A stretch of DNA of 64,000 nt from Rhizobiales bacterium Ga0077537 (GTDB lineage Bacteria; Pseudomonadota; Alphaproteobacteria; Rhizobiales; Hyphomicrobiaceae). Below are positions 19,369 to 27,970 of this stretch, piece by piece. Both the position numbers and the translations under genes were made by a program. The stretch lies in assembly GCA_001464955.1 (NCBI GenBank), contig LNEM01000030.1:1070558-1134557 (forward strand), given 5' to 3'. The notes under the pieces are model-generated. The model was not told where the DNA came from. It worked only from the letters and a program-made list of their open reading frames with translations, and ran no database searches. Numbering within the stretch: position 1 is the stretch's first letter; the number at the start of each line of letters is the position of its first letter.

Positions 19369-19677
19369 CTAGTCGTTGCCGATCTTTCGAACCTTCGTAC
19401 TGAGCTCGGCGATGCTTTCCGCGAGCAGATCGAGGTCGCGCCTCCGATCATTTCCAACCTCTGCCGAAATGGCGTCGAGCCGTGCCTGGATTGCGTCCAG
19501 CTTCCGATGCAGACCCTGCTCGAGTTCCCGCACGCGTGCCTCGATCAGCGCCAGTCGCGCATCGCTGTCGCGCTTGAACTCGCCGAACAGCAGCTCCCTG
19601 ATCTGCTGCATCTTGTCGTCAAACGGGTCTTGGCTGCCCGAACCGTTGCGGAACTCGCCGAACATCGACGTTGTCAT
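19369..19677 (-). CDS. small coiled-coil protein (hypothetical), first gene of the GTPase operon
   Basis: Trimmed to ATG 19677 (MTTSMFGEF). Heptad-rich RLALIEARVRELEQGLHRKLDAIQARLDAI. Shares an (I/L)(R/K)ELLF motif with the N-terminus of the next gene. Confidence 0.6.
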   Translation of the reverse strand: MTTSMFGEFRNGSGSQDPFDDKMQQIRELLFGEFKRDSDARLALIEARVRELEQGLHRKLDAIQARLDAISAEVGNDRRRDLDLLAESIAELSTKVRKIGND

Positions 19678-20007
19678 AGGCTCTGGTCCTGACGCTCTAC
19701 GAATGGATGGCAAACGCGCCACGAGACGCCCTTGGTGCTGGTCGATCTAGCTTATAAGGCCTTGCCGGATGGAAGTGAATTTCCAATGCAGCCGCCAATT
19801 ATGCGTTTTTGCCATTGGTCCTATTCCACATAAGCGAGACCAATCGTTAACGTTTTCGCCCAACCGGGACGGGGCGGGGCCGATCGCTGGCGGCGGGGGG
19901 ACGCGCGCGAAGGCATGAGGAACGGTAAATGATTGCCGCCGCTGACGGCACGCCGCATCGCGACGACCGCCAGGCAGGGCTCGCCGAACACCGGCACCGG
20001 CCTCGAG

Positions 20008-21231
20008 CTAGACGGTGCCGGCCTTTTTCAGGCTTGCGATCTCGTCCGCGGTCTTGCCCAACACCTTGGAAAGCACCTCGTCCGTGTGCTGTCCGAGCAG
20101 CGGCGGCGGAACGGTGTACTCGACCGGCGTCTCTGAGAACCGCATCGGGCTGCGGATGAGCGCCACCTTGCCGGCCGTCGGATGTTCGATCTCGACCTTG
20201 AGCTCGCGCGCCTTCACCTGCTCGTTCTCGAACACCTCCTTGAGATTGTTGATCGGCCCGCAGGGCACGCCGGCCCCCTCGAGCGCCGCGACCCATTCGA
20301 CGGTGGTCTTCTTCCCGAAGAGTTCGTCGAGGATCGGGTCGAGCACATCGCGGTTGGCCACTCGCGCGGCATTCGTCGCAAAGCGCGCATCGGTCTTGAG
20401 CGACGGCTGCCCGATGAGGTCGCAAAGCTTGTTGAACAGGTTGTCGTTTCCACACGCGATGATGATCGCGCCGTCCTTCGTCGGCACTGACTGATAGGGC
20501 ACGATGTTCGGATGGGTGTTGCCGAGCCGGGCCGGCGCCTCGCCGGTGACGAGGAAATTGGCGCCCTGGTTGGCCAGAAATCCCACCTGCGTATCGAGGA
20601 GCGCCATGTCGATGTGCTGGCCCTGGCCGGTCCGCTCGCGGTTGGCGATCGCGGCGCACACGGCGATGGTCGAATACATGCCTGTCATGATGTCCACGAC
20701 CGGCACGCCCGCCCGCTGCGGCCCGCCCCCCGGCTTGTGGTCGCGCTCGCCGGTCAGGCTCATGAACCCGCCCATGCCCTGGATCATGAAATCATAGCCG
20801 GGTTTCGGGGCGTAAGGCCCGGTCTGGCCGAAGCCGGTGATCGAGCAGTAGATGATCTTCGGGTTGATCTTCTTGATGTCCTCGTAACCAAGGCCCTTCG
20901 ACGCGAGGTCGCCGACCTTGAAGTTCTCGAGCAGCACGTCGGCCGTCTTCGCCAACTCCTTCACGAGCGCCGCACCGGCATCGCTGGCGATGTCGATCGT
21001 GATCGATTTCTTGCCCCGGTTCGCACAGAGGAAGTAGCCCGCTTCCGTCGTCTCCTTGCCGTTGGCGTCCTTCGCCCACGGCGGACCGAAAGCGCGGCTG
21101 TCGTCGCCCTTCTTCGGTCGCTCCACCTTGATCACCTCGGCCCCGAGATCGGCGAGGTTCTGCGCGCACCAGGGACCGGCGAGCACGCGGGTCAGATCGA
21201 GAACGCGGATGTGGGTGAGCGGTCCGGCCAT
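20008..21231 (-). CDS. CaiB/BaiF family III CoA-transferase
   Basis: HIRVLDLTRVLAGPWCAQNLADLGAEVIKVE N-terminal signature and GYDFMIQGMGGFMSLTG. 407 aa. Confidence 0.9.
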   Translation of the reverse strand: MAGPLTHIRVLDLTRVLAGPWCAQNLADLGAEVIKVERPKKGDDSRAFGPPWAKDANGKETTEAGYFLCANRGKKSITIDIASDAGAALVKELAKTADVLLENFKVGDLASKGLGYEDIKKINPKIIYCSITGFGQTGPYAPKPGYDFMIQGMGGFMSLTGERDHKPGGGPQRAGVPVVDIMTGMYSTIAVCAAIANRERTGQGQHIDMALLDTQVGFLANQGANFLVTGEAPARLGNTHPNIVPYQSVPTKDGAIIIACGNDNLFNKLCDLIGQPSLKTDARFATNAARVANRDVLDPILDELFGKKTTVEWVAALEGAGVPCGPINNLKEVFENEQVKARELKVEIEHPTAGKVALIRSPMRFSETPVEYTVPPPLLGQHTDEVLSKVLGKTADEIASLKKAGTV

Positions 21232-21336
21232 GGCTTGGTCCTTTGGGAATTGCGTATTCTTGCTGGTTGTGAAGGGGTTTAGTGGCAGCCCGTGTCGAGA
21301 GCAAGGGGCGGCAGATGGGCCGGCGCGTCGTGCCGC

Positions 21337-22512
21337 TCAGGCGGTCTCCTTGAACAGCTCTCGACCGATGAGCATGCGGCGGATTTCGCTGGTCCCTGCG
21401 CCGATCTCGTAGAGCTTGGCATCGCGCAGCAGCCTGCCCGTCGGGTAGTCGTTGATGTAGCCGTTGCCACCGAGGATCTGGATGGCGTCGAGGGCCAGTT
21501 TGGTCGCCTTCTCGGCGGCGAAGAGGATGGCCCCGGCGGCGTCCTTCCGGGCCGTCTCGCCGCGGTCGCACGCCTTCGCCACCGTATAGACGTAGGCCTT
21601 GGCGGCGTTCATCTCGGTGTACATGTCGGCGATCTTGCCCTGGATGAGCTGGAACTCACCGATCGGCTGGCCGAACTGCCTGCGCTCGTGGATGTAGGGC
21701 AGCACCACGTCCATGGCGGCCTGCATGATGCCGATCGGGCCGGCGGCGAGCACGCTCCGCTCGTAGTCGAGGCCGGACATCAGGACGTTGACGCCCTTCC
21801 CGACCGTGCCGAGCACGTTTTCTTCCGGGACCTCGCAGTCCTCGAACACGAGTTCGCCCGTCGACGATCCCCGCATGCCGAGCTTGTCGAGCTTCTGTGC
21901 CACCCGGAAGCCCTTGAACGACGTTTCGACGATGAACGTCGTGATGCCGCGCGCACCGGCCGCCGGATCGGTCTTGGCGTAGACGACGATCACCTGGGCG
22001 TCGGGGCTGTTGGTGATCCACATCTTGGTGCCGTTCAGCACCCAGCGATCGCCCTTCTTCTCGGCCCGTAGCGTCATCGACACGACGTCCGACCCGGCCC
22101 CGCTTTCGCTCATGGCCAGCGATCCGACGTGCTCTCCCGAGATCAGCTTCGGCAGATAGCGCCGCTTCTGCGCTTCGTTGCCGTTACGCCGGATCTGGTT
22201 GACGCAGAGATTGGAGTGCGCCCCGTACGACAGCCCGACAGCTGCGGACGCGCGCGAGATCTCCTCGACGGCGATGCAGTGCTCGAGATAGCCCAGGCCG
22301 CTGCCGCCGTACTCGTCCTCGACCGTGATGCCGTGCAGCCCGAGTTCCCCCATCTTGGGCCAAAGCTCGCGGGGAAACCGGTCCGACTTGTCGATCTCGG
22401 CCGCGATCGGCGCCACCTCGTTGGCGGCGAAGGCTCGAATGGTCTGGCGCAACTGGTCGGCCGTCTCGCCGAGATCGAAGTTCAACGTCGGGTATTCGTT
22501 CGGAATGGTCAT
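21337..22512 (-). CDS. ivd: isovaleryl-CoA dehydrogenase (acyl-CoA dehydrogenase family)
   Basis: [54 protein letters not shown] and [18 protein letters not shown] show close IVD-type similarity by recollection. Confidence 0.8.
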   Translation of the reverse strand: MTIPNEYPTLNFDLGETADQLRQTIRAFAANEVAPIAAEIDKSDRFPRELWPKMGELGLHGITVEDEYGGSGLGYLEHCIAVEEISRASAAVGLSYGAHSNLCVNQIRRNGNEAQKRRYLPKLISGEHVGSLAMSESGAGSDVVSMTLRAEKKGDRWVLNGTKMWITNSPDAQVIVVYAKTDPAAGARGITTFIVETSFKGFRVAQKLDKLGMRGSSTGELVFEDCEVPEENVLGTVGKGVNVLMSGLDYERSVLAAGPIGIMQAAMDVVLPYIHERRQFGQPIGEFQLIQGKIADMYTEMNAAKAYVYTVAKACDRGETARKDAAGAILFAAEKATKLALDAIQILGGNGYINDYPTGRLLRDAKLYEIGAGTSEIRRMLIGRELFKETA

Positions 22513-22608
22513 GGGACCGGGACTCCCGCGGGCCTGTTCGAGGCGGATGGTTTCGGCATCCGCGACAGCATATGGTCATCGGACCGCGGCCACAAACGAA
22601 GCCTGTCG

Positions 22609-23088
22609 ATGAACACACCCCCGACCGACCGTCCGAGCTCATTCCCCTGGCCCCCGGTCCTGCTCGTCTCGGCGATCGTTCTGGCTGTGATCACAAATCG
22701 CTGGATCTGGCCCCTGGCAACCCCCGTCTCGGGTTGGTCTGGAGCAACGCTGTTTGGCTGGGGACTCGTCGCGGCTGGGTCGGGCCTGTCCCTGTGGGCA
22801 GCCGTTCAGTTCTTCCGCTTCCGCACGTCCATCCGCCCCGATCGCGGCGCGGACGCCCTGTTGATGACCGGCCCTTTCGCCGTGTCTCGCAACCCGATCT
22901 ATCTGGGTGAGCTGATTGGTCTGATCGGCGCCGGCCTGGCCTTCGACAATCTGTGGCTGATCCTCGTGGGCCCGGTCTTTGCCTTCGCCGTCACCCGCCT
23001 CGCCATACTCCGCGAGGAGGCCTATCTGCGACGGCGCTTCGGGCCCGCCTTCGCCAGTTACTCCGATCGCGTCCGCCGCTGGATTTGA
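22609..23088 (+). CDS. isoprenylcysteine carboxyl methyltransferase (ICMT)/phospholipid methyltransferase family membrane protein
   Basis: In-frame ATG 22609 within ORF 22129..23088. 4-5 TM segments. TGPFAVSRNPIYLGELIGLIGAGL and ILREEAYLRRRFG are typical ICMT/PEMT C-terminal motifs. Confidence 0.75.
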   Translation: MNTPPTDRPSSFPWPPVLLVSAIVLAVITNRWIWPLATPVSGWSGATLFGWGLVAAGSGLSLWAAVQFFRFRTSIRPDRGADALLMTGPFAVSRNPIYLGELIGLIGAGLAFDNLWLILVGPVFAFAVTRLAILREEAYLRRRFGPAFASYSDRVRRWI

Positions 23089-23172
23089 ACTTTGTTTGGC
23101 AAAACGTCGCAAACATCATTGATTTGCCGGATTCTTTGTCCATGTGAGCTTTGAGTTTGACAGGAGTTCGAG

Positions 23173-24516
23173 ATGCTTGGCGTTCAGCGGCAATCGATGG
23201 TGGCGCTTCTCGCCATGGCGTGTGCCGCCATGGGAAGCGGATCGGCGCTGTCCCAGGCGGCCCATCGCGACCAGATCGCCGACATGCTGTCCAAGGGCGA
23301 TGCGGGCGGCCGTTTGGCTCAGGCCCAGCCGCAGGCGAAGGCCGGCAACAGGCAGGCCAATCCTCCGCCCCTGTTGGAAACCCCGCCCTCCGCCGCCGAC
23401 CCCCGTGCCGGGAGCCTCGAGTACGAGCAGGCGCAACGCCTGATGCGGGCCATCGATTCTATCCTTCAGGACACGGCCCGGAGCCGCGGTGAGGCGCGCA
23501 AGCTGCCGTCTCGCGACGAGTTTCTCGTGCCTCCGATCTGGACCGAGACCCGCGAGGACCGCGAGTCGAAGATCAAGGATCTCCTCGACGCGACACTCGC
23601 GATCGTGACCGACGTCCCCGTCGTCGAGGTTCAGAAGCGTATCGAAGCGCTCAGGAAGAACATCCGTGACCTCGACGACCGCATCGTGCGCCTGCGCGAA
23701 AAGCAGCTGACGGCGCCCAAGGACGGTGTCCTTCCGGGCCTCGTCACCGACACAGTGGACAGCCTGGGCAAGGACATCGAGGACGCCCGGTCGCGGATCG
23801 AAAACAACCGCAAAGAGATCGCCAAATCGAAGCGCGAAGTCTTCGACGGTCTCGCGCGCTCGGGCATCCAGATGACCGAGCAGCAGGTCGACCTGTTGCT
23901 GGACGGTGTTCTGTCGGGCGATCTCGTCCGCCTCGTCGCCGTGTTCAACTCGGCAAAGGCCATCGACGCGCAGCTCGCCAAGCTGATGGCTCAGTCGGGC
24001 GAGAATGTCGGGGCTGCGCGCCGCTACTTCGCCATGCACGCGGCGCTGTTCGCCATGATCGTCCACGCGCAGGACGCAACCATCGCCAAGGTCGACAGCC
24101 AGTATCTGCCGAAACTGGATGCGATCACGCGGGACATCGCGGCTGCGCGCAAGCGCACGGCCGACCTGCTGCGCGCCGAGAACCGTGCCGACCAGCGCCG
24201 TGCCCTCGAGGCGAATCGCGAGAGTCAGCGGCTCGCCGACGAGGCAGCCAAGGGCTATCGCCGCTATCTCGTCCAGCAGCGCGAGCAGATCATGCGGGCG
24301 CGCCAGCGGGCAGCGCACGACCTGAAGATCGCCGACAACACGTTCGAGACCGTCGAGGCGAGCTACCAGCTGCGCCAGCTCATGAAGGACAGCTCCACGT
24401 CCTTCGAGGCCATCCAGCGCCTCGAGGCCCCGACATTCGAGCAGATCTTCCGCAACGAGGAATTGCGGCGGGAATTCGAGAACCTGACCCGGAAGCTGGA
24501 TCAGCCGGCGAGCTGA
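23173..24516 (+). CDS. secreted/periplasmic coiled-coil protein (hypothetical)
   Basis: Signal peptide MLGVQRQSMVALLAMACAAMGSGSALSQA. The rest is long predicted helices rich in R/E/A/L. I did not recognise a family. Confidence 0.6.
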   Translation: MLGVQRQSMVALLAMACAAMGSGSALSQAAHRDQIADMLSKGDAGGRLAQAQPQAKAGNRQANPPPLLETPPSAADPRAGSLEYEQAQRLMRAIDSILQDTARSRGEARKLPSRDEFLVPPIWTETREDRESKIKDLLDATLAIVTDVPVVEVQKRIEALRKNIRDLDDRIVRLREKQLTAPKDGVLPGLVTDTVDSLGKDIEDARSRIENNRKEIAKSKREVFDGLARSGIQMTEQQVDLLLDGVLSGDLVRLVAVFNSAKAIDAQLAKLMAQSGENVGAARRYFAMHAALFAMIVHAQDATIAKVDSQYLPKLDAITRDIAAARKRTADLLRAENRADQRRALEANRESQRLADEAAKGYRRYLVQQREQIMRARQRAAHDLKIADNTFETVEASYQLRQLMKDSSTSFEAIQRLEAPTFEQIFRNEELRREFENLTRKLDQPAS

Positions 24517-24553
24517 GGCGAACCGATGCCGGTGGTTTCCGCTCTTTCCACAC

Positions 24554-24587
24554 GATGATCGAGCCCCTATAGAGGGGCTCGATCATC
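24554..24587. repeat. perfect 15-bp inverted repeat (hairpin) between the coiled-coil gene and crcB
   Basis: GATGATCGAGCCCCT-atag-AGGGGCTCGATCATC. Lies 38 nt after the stop at 24516 and ends 12 nt before the crcB ATG. No T-tract. Confidence 0.6.
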
Positions 24588-24599
24588 GGACGAGCCACC

Positions 24600-24980
24600 A
24601 TGTACCTCCTTATGGCCGCGGCAGCCGGCGGTGCAATCGGCGCGGCAGCGAGATTCCTCGTCAACGTCGCCGCATTGCAGGCTTTCGGCCCCGCCTTCCC
24701 GGTTGCGACGCTGACGGTGAACGTCGTCGGCTCGTTCCTGATGGGCGTAGTGGTGGCCACGTCCGGGGCCGTGTTCGATGGCAGCCCGTCATGGCGGACG
24801 TTTCTGGCGACCGGCGTTCTGGGCGGCTTCACCACGTTCTCGGCCTTTTCGCTCGATGCCGTCGAGCTGGTGCAACGCCAGCAGCACGCTCTGGCCGCAG
24901 TTTACGTCGGCGCGTCGGTGGCGCTTTCGATCGCCGCTCTCGTCGCCGGCCTTGCAGTGTCGAAAGTCTTCCTGAGATGA
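24600..24980 (+). CDS. crcB: fluoride efflux channel CrcB/FluC
   Basis: 126 aa, 4 TM. GAIGAAARF and TGVLGGFTTFSAFS motifs are characteristic of CrcB. Confidence 0.9.
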   Translation: MYLLMAAAAGGAIGAAARFLVNVAALQAFGPAFPVATLTVNVVGSFLMGVVVATSGAVFDGSPSWRTFLATGVLGGFTTFSAFSLDAVELVQRQQHALAAVYVGASVALSIAALVAGLAVSKVFLR

Positions 24981-25975
24981 ACGCACCCGTCGAGACCATC
25001 GTCGTCACCCAGAAGGACGCCGGACTGCGGCTGGATCGCTGGTTCAAGCTCTATTTCCCCGATGTGGGCCATAGCTATCTGCAGAAGCTCCTGCGCACCG
25101 GCCAGGTGCGCCTCGACGCGAAGCGGGTCGAGGCTGGCCATCGGATCGAGGCCGGCCAGGAGATCCGCGTCCCGGCCATTGTGCGCAAGCCCCCGGCTGC
25201 GAAGGCTGCGCCCACCTCTCCGAAACCGCCCATGGGCCTCTCGAAGGCCGACCGGACGCTGATCGAGAGCCTGATCATCTACGAGGACGAGGACGTCCTC
25301 GTCCTCAACAAGCCGTTCGGCATCGCTGTCCAGGGCGGCACCGGCACCAAGCGGCATCTCGACGGGATCCTGGCCGGCATGGCGGACCGCTTCGGCGATC
25401 GGCCGCGCCTCGTCCACCGCCTCGACCGGGATACGACCGGCGTCCTGCTCGTCGCCAAGACGCGTGATGCGGCAGCCAGGCTCGGCCGCACCTTCCAGAC
25501 CCGCAGCGCCGCCAAGACGTACTGGGCTCTGGTCCACGGCGTGCCGCGCCCTCCCCAGGGCCGCATCGAGGCGGCGCTCGTGAAGGCCGCCGGGCCTGAC
25601 GGCGACCGCGTGCGCAAGGCCGAGGCCGGCGAGCAGGATCTCGCCATGCACGCGACGACGCATTACAGCGTCATCGACCGCGTGGGCCAGAAGGCGGCCT
25701 GGGTCTCCCTGAAGCCTGTCACGGGCCGACAGCACCAGCTCCGGGCCCACATGGCGCTGATCAATCATCCGATCGTCGGCGACAACAAGTACGAGGATGG
25801 CCGGCCCATGCCGCTTGATGGCATCGAGCCTCGCCTGCATCTTCACGCGCGGCGGTTGGTCATTCCCCATCCCCGTCCCGGCAAGCCACGCCTCGACGTG
25901 ACGGCGCCCCTCCCCGAGCACATGCTGGTCACTTGGCAGCTTCTCGGTCTCGATCCCTCGCATTTCGAGGCCTGA
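24977..25975 (+). CDS. RluA-family 23S rRNA pseudouridine synthase (RluC/RluD-like, with S4 domain)
   Basis: ATG 24977 overlaps the crcB stop (ATGA). S4-like LRLDRWFKLYFP...GQVRLDAKRV. Catalytic motif HRLDRDTTGVLLVAKT. Confidence 0.85.
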   Translation: MNAPVETIVVTQKDAGLRLDRWFKLYFPDVGHSYLQKLLRTGQVRLDAKRVEAGHRIEAGQEIRVPAIVRKPPAAKAAPTSPKPPMGLSKADRTLIESLIIYEDEDVLVLNKPFGIAVQGGTGTKRHLDGILAGMADRFGDRPRLVHRLDRDTTGVLLVAKTRDAAARLGRTFQTRSAAKTYWALVHGVPRPPQGRIEAALVKAAGPDGDRVRKAEAGEQDLAMHATTHYSVIDRVGQKAAWVSLKPVTGRQHQLRAHMALINHPIVGDNKYEDGRPMPLDGIEPRLHLHARRLVIPHPRPGKPRLDVTAPLPEHMLVTWQLLGLDPSHFEA

Positions 25976-26057
25976 CGCCCGCGCCGCAAGCCGCCGGGTA
26001 AGCCTTTCGAATAGGTCTCTTTCATCGCGCCCGCAGCGCCGGCGCGAGCCCCGACGG

Positions 26058-26075
26058 CTGTCATTCGGACTTCAT
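26058..26075 (+). promoter_or_regulatory. weak Pho-box-like direct repeat upstream of the receiver gene
   Basis: CTGTCAT-tcgg-ACTTCAT. The first half matches CTGTCAT 7/7, the second 4/7. About 95 nt upstream of ATG 26171. Confidence 0.2.
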
Positions 26076-26170
26076 GTCCTTCGGCTTTAACGAGTGCGTG
26101 TTTTTTTTCCACGTCGAACTCGAGTTCCGGAAGCTGGCGCGAGCCTCGCGCCGCTCGGAGGCCGAATGCC

Positions 26171-26605
26171 ATGACCATGCTCGGTCTGCCCTTGACATCC
26201 GCCCCTCGCGTCGTCCTCGTCGAGGACGATCGCAACATGGCGCTGATGCTTACGTATAATCTGGAAGCGTTCGGCTACGCCGTTGCCACGATTGGTGAGG
26301 GGAGCACTGCGGTCGACGCGATTGCCGGCCTGGAACCGGATCTGGTTGTCCTCGACTGGCATTTGCCCGGACTGTCGGGCATCGAGGTGTTGCGACAATT
26401 GCGATTACGGCTGCATTGCCGGCGCATTCCGATCGTGATGGTAACCGGACGCAACGGGGCGGACGACAGGGCGCGTGCGCTGGCAGCCGGGGCCGATGTC
26501 TTTCTCGCCAAGCCATTCCCGCTTGCCACCCTCATGCAGTCGGTCACGGTCTTGCTGCCTCGCCCCGCGCCACCCGAGGTGGCGCCGTCTCGACACAGGG
26601 CATGA
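26171..26605 (+). CDS. single-domain response regulator (receiver only)
   Basis: VVLVEDD, DLVVLDWHLPGLSG (acceptor Asp), IPIVMVTGR and FLAKPF fit the CheY-like fold. 144 aa. Confidence 0.85.
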   Translation: MTMLGLPLTSAPRVVLVEDDRNMALMLTYNLEAFGYAVATIGEGSTAVDAIAGLEPDLVVLDWHLPGLSGIEVLRQLRLRLHCRRIPIVMVTGRNGADDRARALAAGADVFLAKPFPLATLMQSVTVLLPRPAPPEVAPSRHRA

Positions 26606-26997
26606 AACAATGCAGTCGCGGGCTATTCCGTAATCCCGGTGTCATGCGGAGCGGTTATGCAACCTTCGCCTGGGCGGGGGAGCCATGCGTCCGGGCCCGA
26701 TGCTCAGTCCCCTGAAGGGCACCGCCCTCGGCTTACGTTCCACCCCGACGCATTGCGGGGGTTGGCTGACGGATCGATCACAGAGATCCCGGGCTGCCAC
26801 CTGCCCTCTGGTGGCGTGCCCGGGCCAGGGCCAGTCCCGGTCGCGCTCGCACGACCCCGCAATCGAACGGCGTTCGGGACTGGCCCGCCTTCCCTCCGGG
26901 CTCACGGGCGAGCGACGCGCCAGTGCCGGGCCCCAGCGGTCCCGACGGGCGTTGCTCGATCGCCATCTGCGCCAGCTTTTTGGGGACGCAGCGCTCG

Positions 26998-27015
26998 CTG
27001 TCACGAGACTGATAT
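26998..27015 (+). promoter_or_regulatory. Pho-box-like direct repeat upstream of the plcP-like gene
   Basis: CTGTCAC-gaga-CTGATAT, 11/14 matches to CTGTCAT-N4-CTGTCAT. Ends 22 nt before ATG 27038. Confidence 0.3.
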
Positions 27016-27037
27016 TCAAAGCCTCTAGTCCGGCGCC

Positions 27038-27868
27038 ATGCCAGATATGCCATCGAACGACATCGCCGATCATGAGGACGACGCGCCCGCCAGGGTTCGC
27101 GCGCTCTTTATTTCCGATATTCATCTGGGAACGCGGAACGCGCAGGCGACCGCGCTCCTCGACCTCCTGCGTACCGTGGATGCCGAACGAATCTATCTCG
27201 TCGGCGACATCGTCGATTTCTGGAAGGTGAAGCGTGGCCCCCATTGGCCACAGCCCCACAACGACGTGATCCAGAAGCTTTTGCGGAAAGCGCGCAAGGG
27301 CGCATCGATCGTCTACATTCCCGGCAATCACGACGAGGTGCTGCGTGACTACTGCGGCATGCAGTTCGGCGGAGTTCGCCTCGAGAGGAATTGCATCCAC
27401 GTCACCGGAAAGGGCCAGCGCTACGCGGTGCTGCACGGCGATGAGTTCGATGTTGTCGTGCGTACGGCCAAGTGGCTCGCTTTTCTCGGCGATCGCGGAT
27501 ACGAGCTGGCGCTCTGGTCGAACGCCCCTCTGAACTGGGTGCGTCGCTGCTTCGGATTGGGGTTCTGGTCGCTGTCGGCCTACCTCAAGTATCGCGTCAA
27601 ATCCGCCGTCAGCTTCATAGGGTCCTTCGAGGAGGCCGTCGCCTCGGAAGCGCGACGGCACGCCGCGGATGGCATCATCTGTGGCCATATCCATCACGCT
27701 GCCGATCGCATGATCGACGGCGTGCATTATCTGAATTGCGGCGACTGGGTGGAGAGCTGCACGGCGCTGGTCGAGACTCTGGACGGCGAGATGCGCATCG
27801 TCCGTTGGCCGCTTGCGAGGCCCGGGATGGTGCCGGAATTCCAGCTTCCCGTTGGCGCTCCGGCCTGA
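27038..27868 (+). CDS. plcP: LpxH-family metallophosphoesterase, PlcP-like phospholipase C candidate
   Basis: ALFISDIHLG, YLVGDIVDFW, YIPGNHDE and VLHGDEFD are metallophosphoesterase motifs of the UDP-2,3-diacylglucosamine-hydrolase-like type. Sits directly upstream of btaA/btaB, as expected for the DAG-supplying PlcP. Confidence 0.6.
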   Translation: MPDMPSNDIADHEDDAPARVRALFISDIHLGTRNAQATALLDLLRTVDAERIYLVGDIVDFWKVKRGPHWPQPHNDVIQKLLRKARKGASIVYIPGNHDEVLRDYCGMQFGGVRLERNCIHVTGKGQRYAVLHGDEFDVVVRTAKWLAFLGDRGYELALWSNAPLNWVRRCFGLGFWSLSAYLKYRVKSAVSFIGSFEEAVASEARRHAADGIICGHIHHAADRMIDGVHYLNCGDWVESCTALVETLDGEMRIVRWPLARPGMVPEFQLPVGAPA

Positions 27869-27970
27869 TACCAAATCCCGCTTCCGTCCGTCGAACTGAA
27901 CCTGACATCGAGACGCGCCGGCGCCGGCATCGTAGCGCGCGCGGTCGCCAAACCTGGGAAGGAGTTCCGC

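Noticed and set aside
23089-23172. TGGCA...CGCA resembling a sigma-54 -24/-12 promoter upstream of the secreted coiled-coil gene
   Set aside because: The GG-to-GC spacing is one base short of the consensus and the -12 element is CGCA rather than TTGC.
24517-24599. Possible fluoride (crcB-motif) riboswitch upstream of crcB
   Set aside because: Only loose resemblances (GGCGA..., GATGAT) are present. I could not find the GGCGA/UCGCC P1 stem, the AAAC linker or the pseudoknot pairing of the known aptamer. A covariance-model search (Rfam RF01734) would settle it.
26639-27028. 129-aa plus-strand ORF (and overlapping ORFs) in the spacer between the receiver gene and plcP
   Set aside because: The Pro/Gly/Arg/Ala-rich translation has no domain-like pattern or RBS. 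I treated the spacer as non-coding (see findings).
27869-27970. Searched for a Pho box directly upstream of btaA (CTGAAC-CTGACAT)
   Set aside because: The two half-sites are adjacent rather than 11 bp apart. btaA is more likely co-transcribed with the upstream plcP-like gene.
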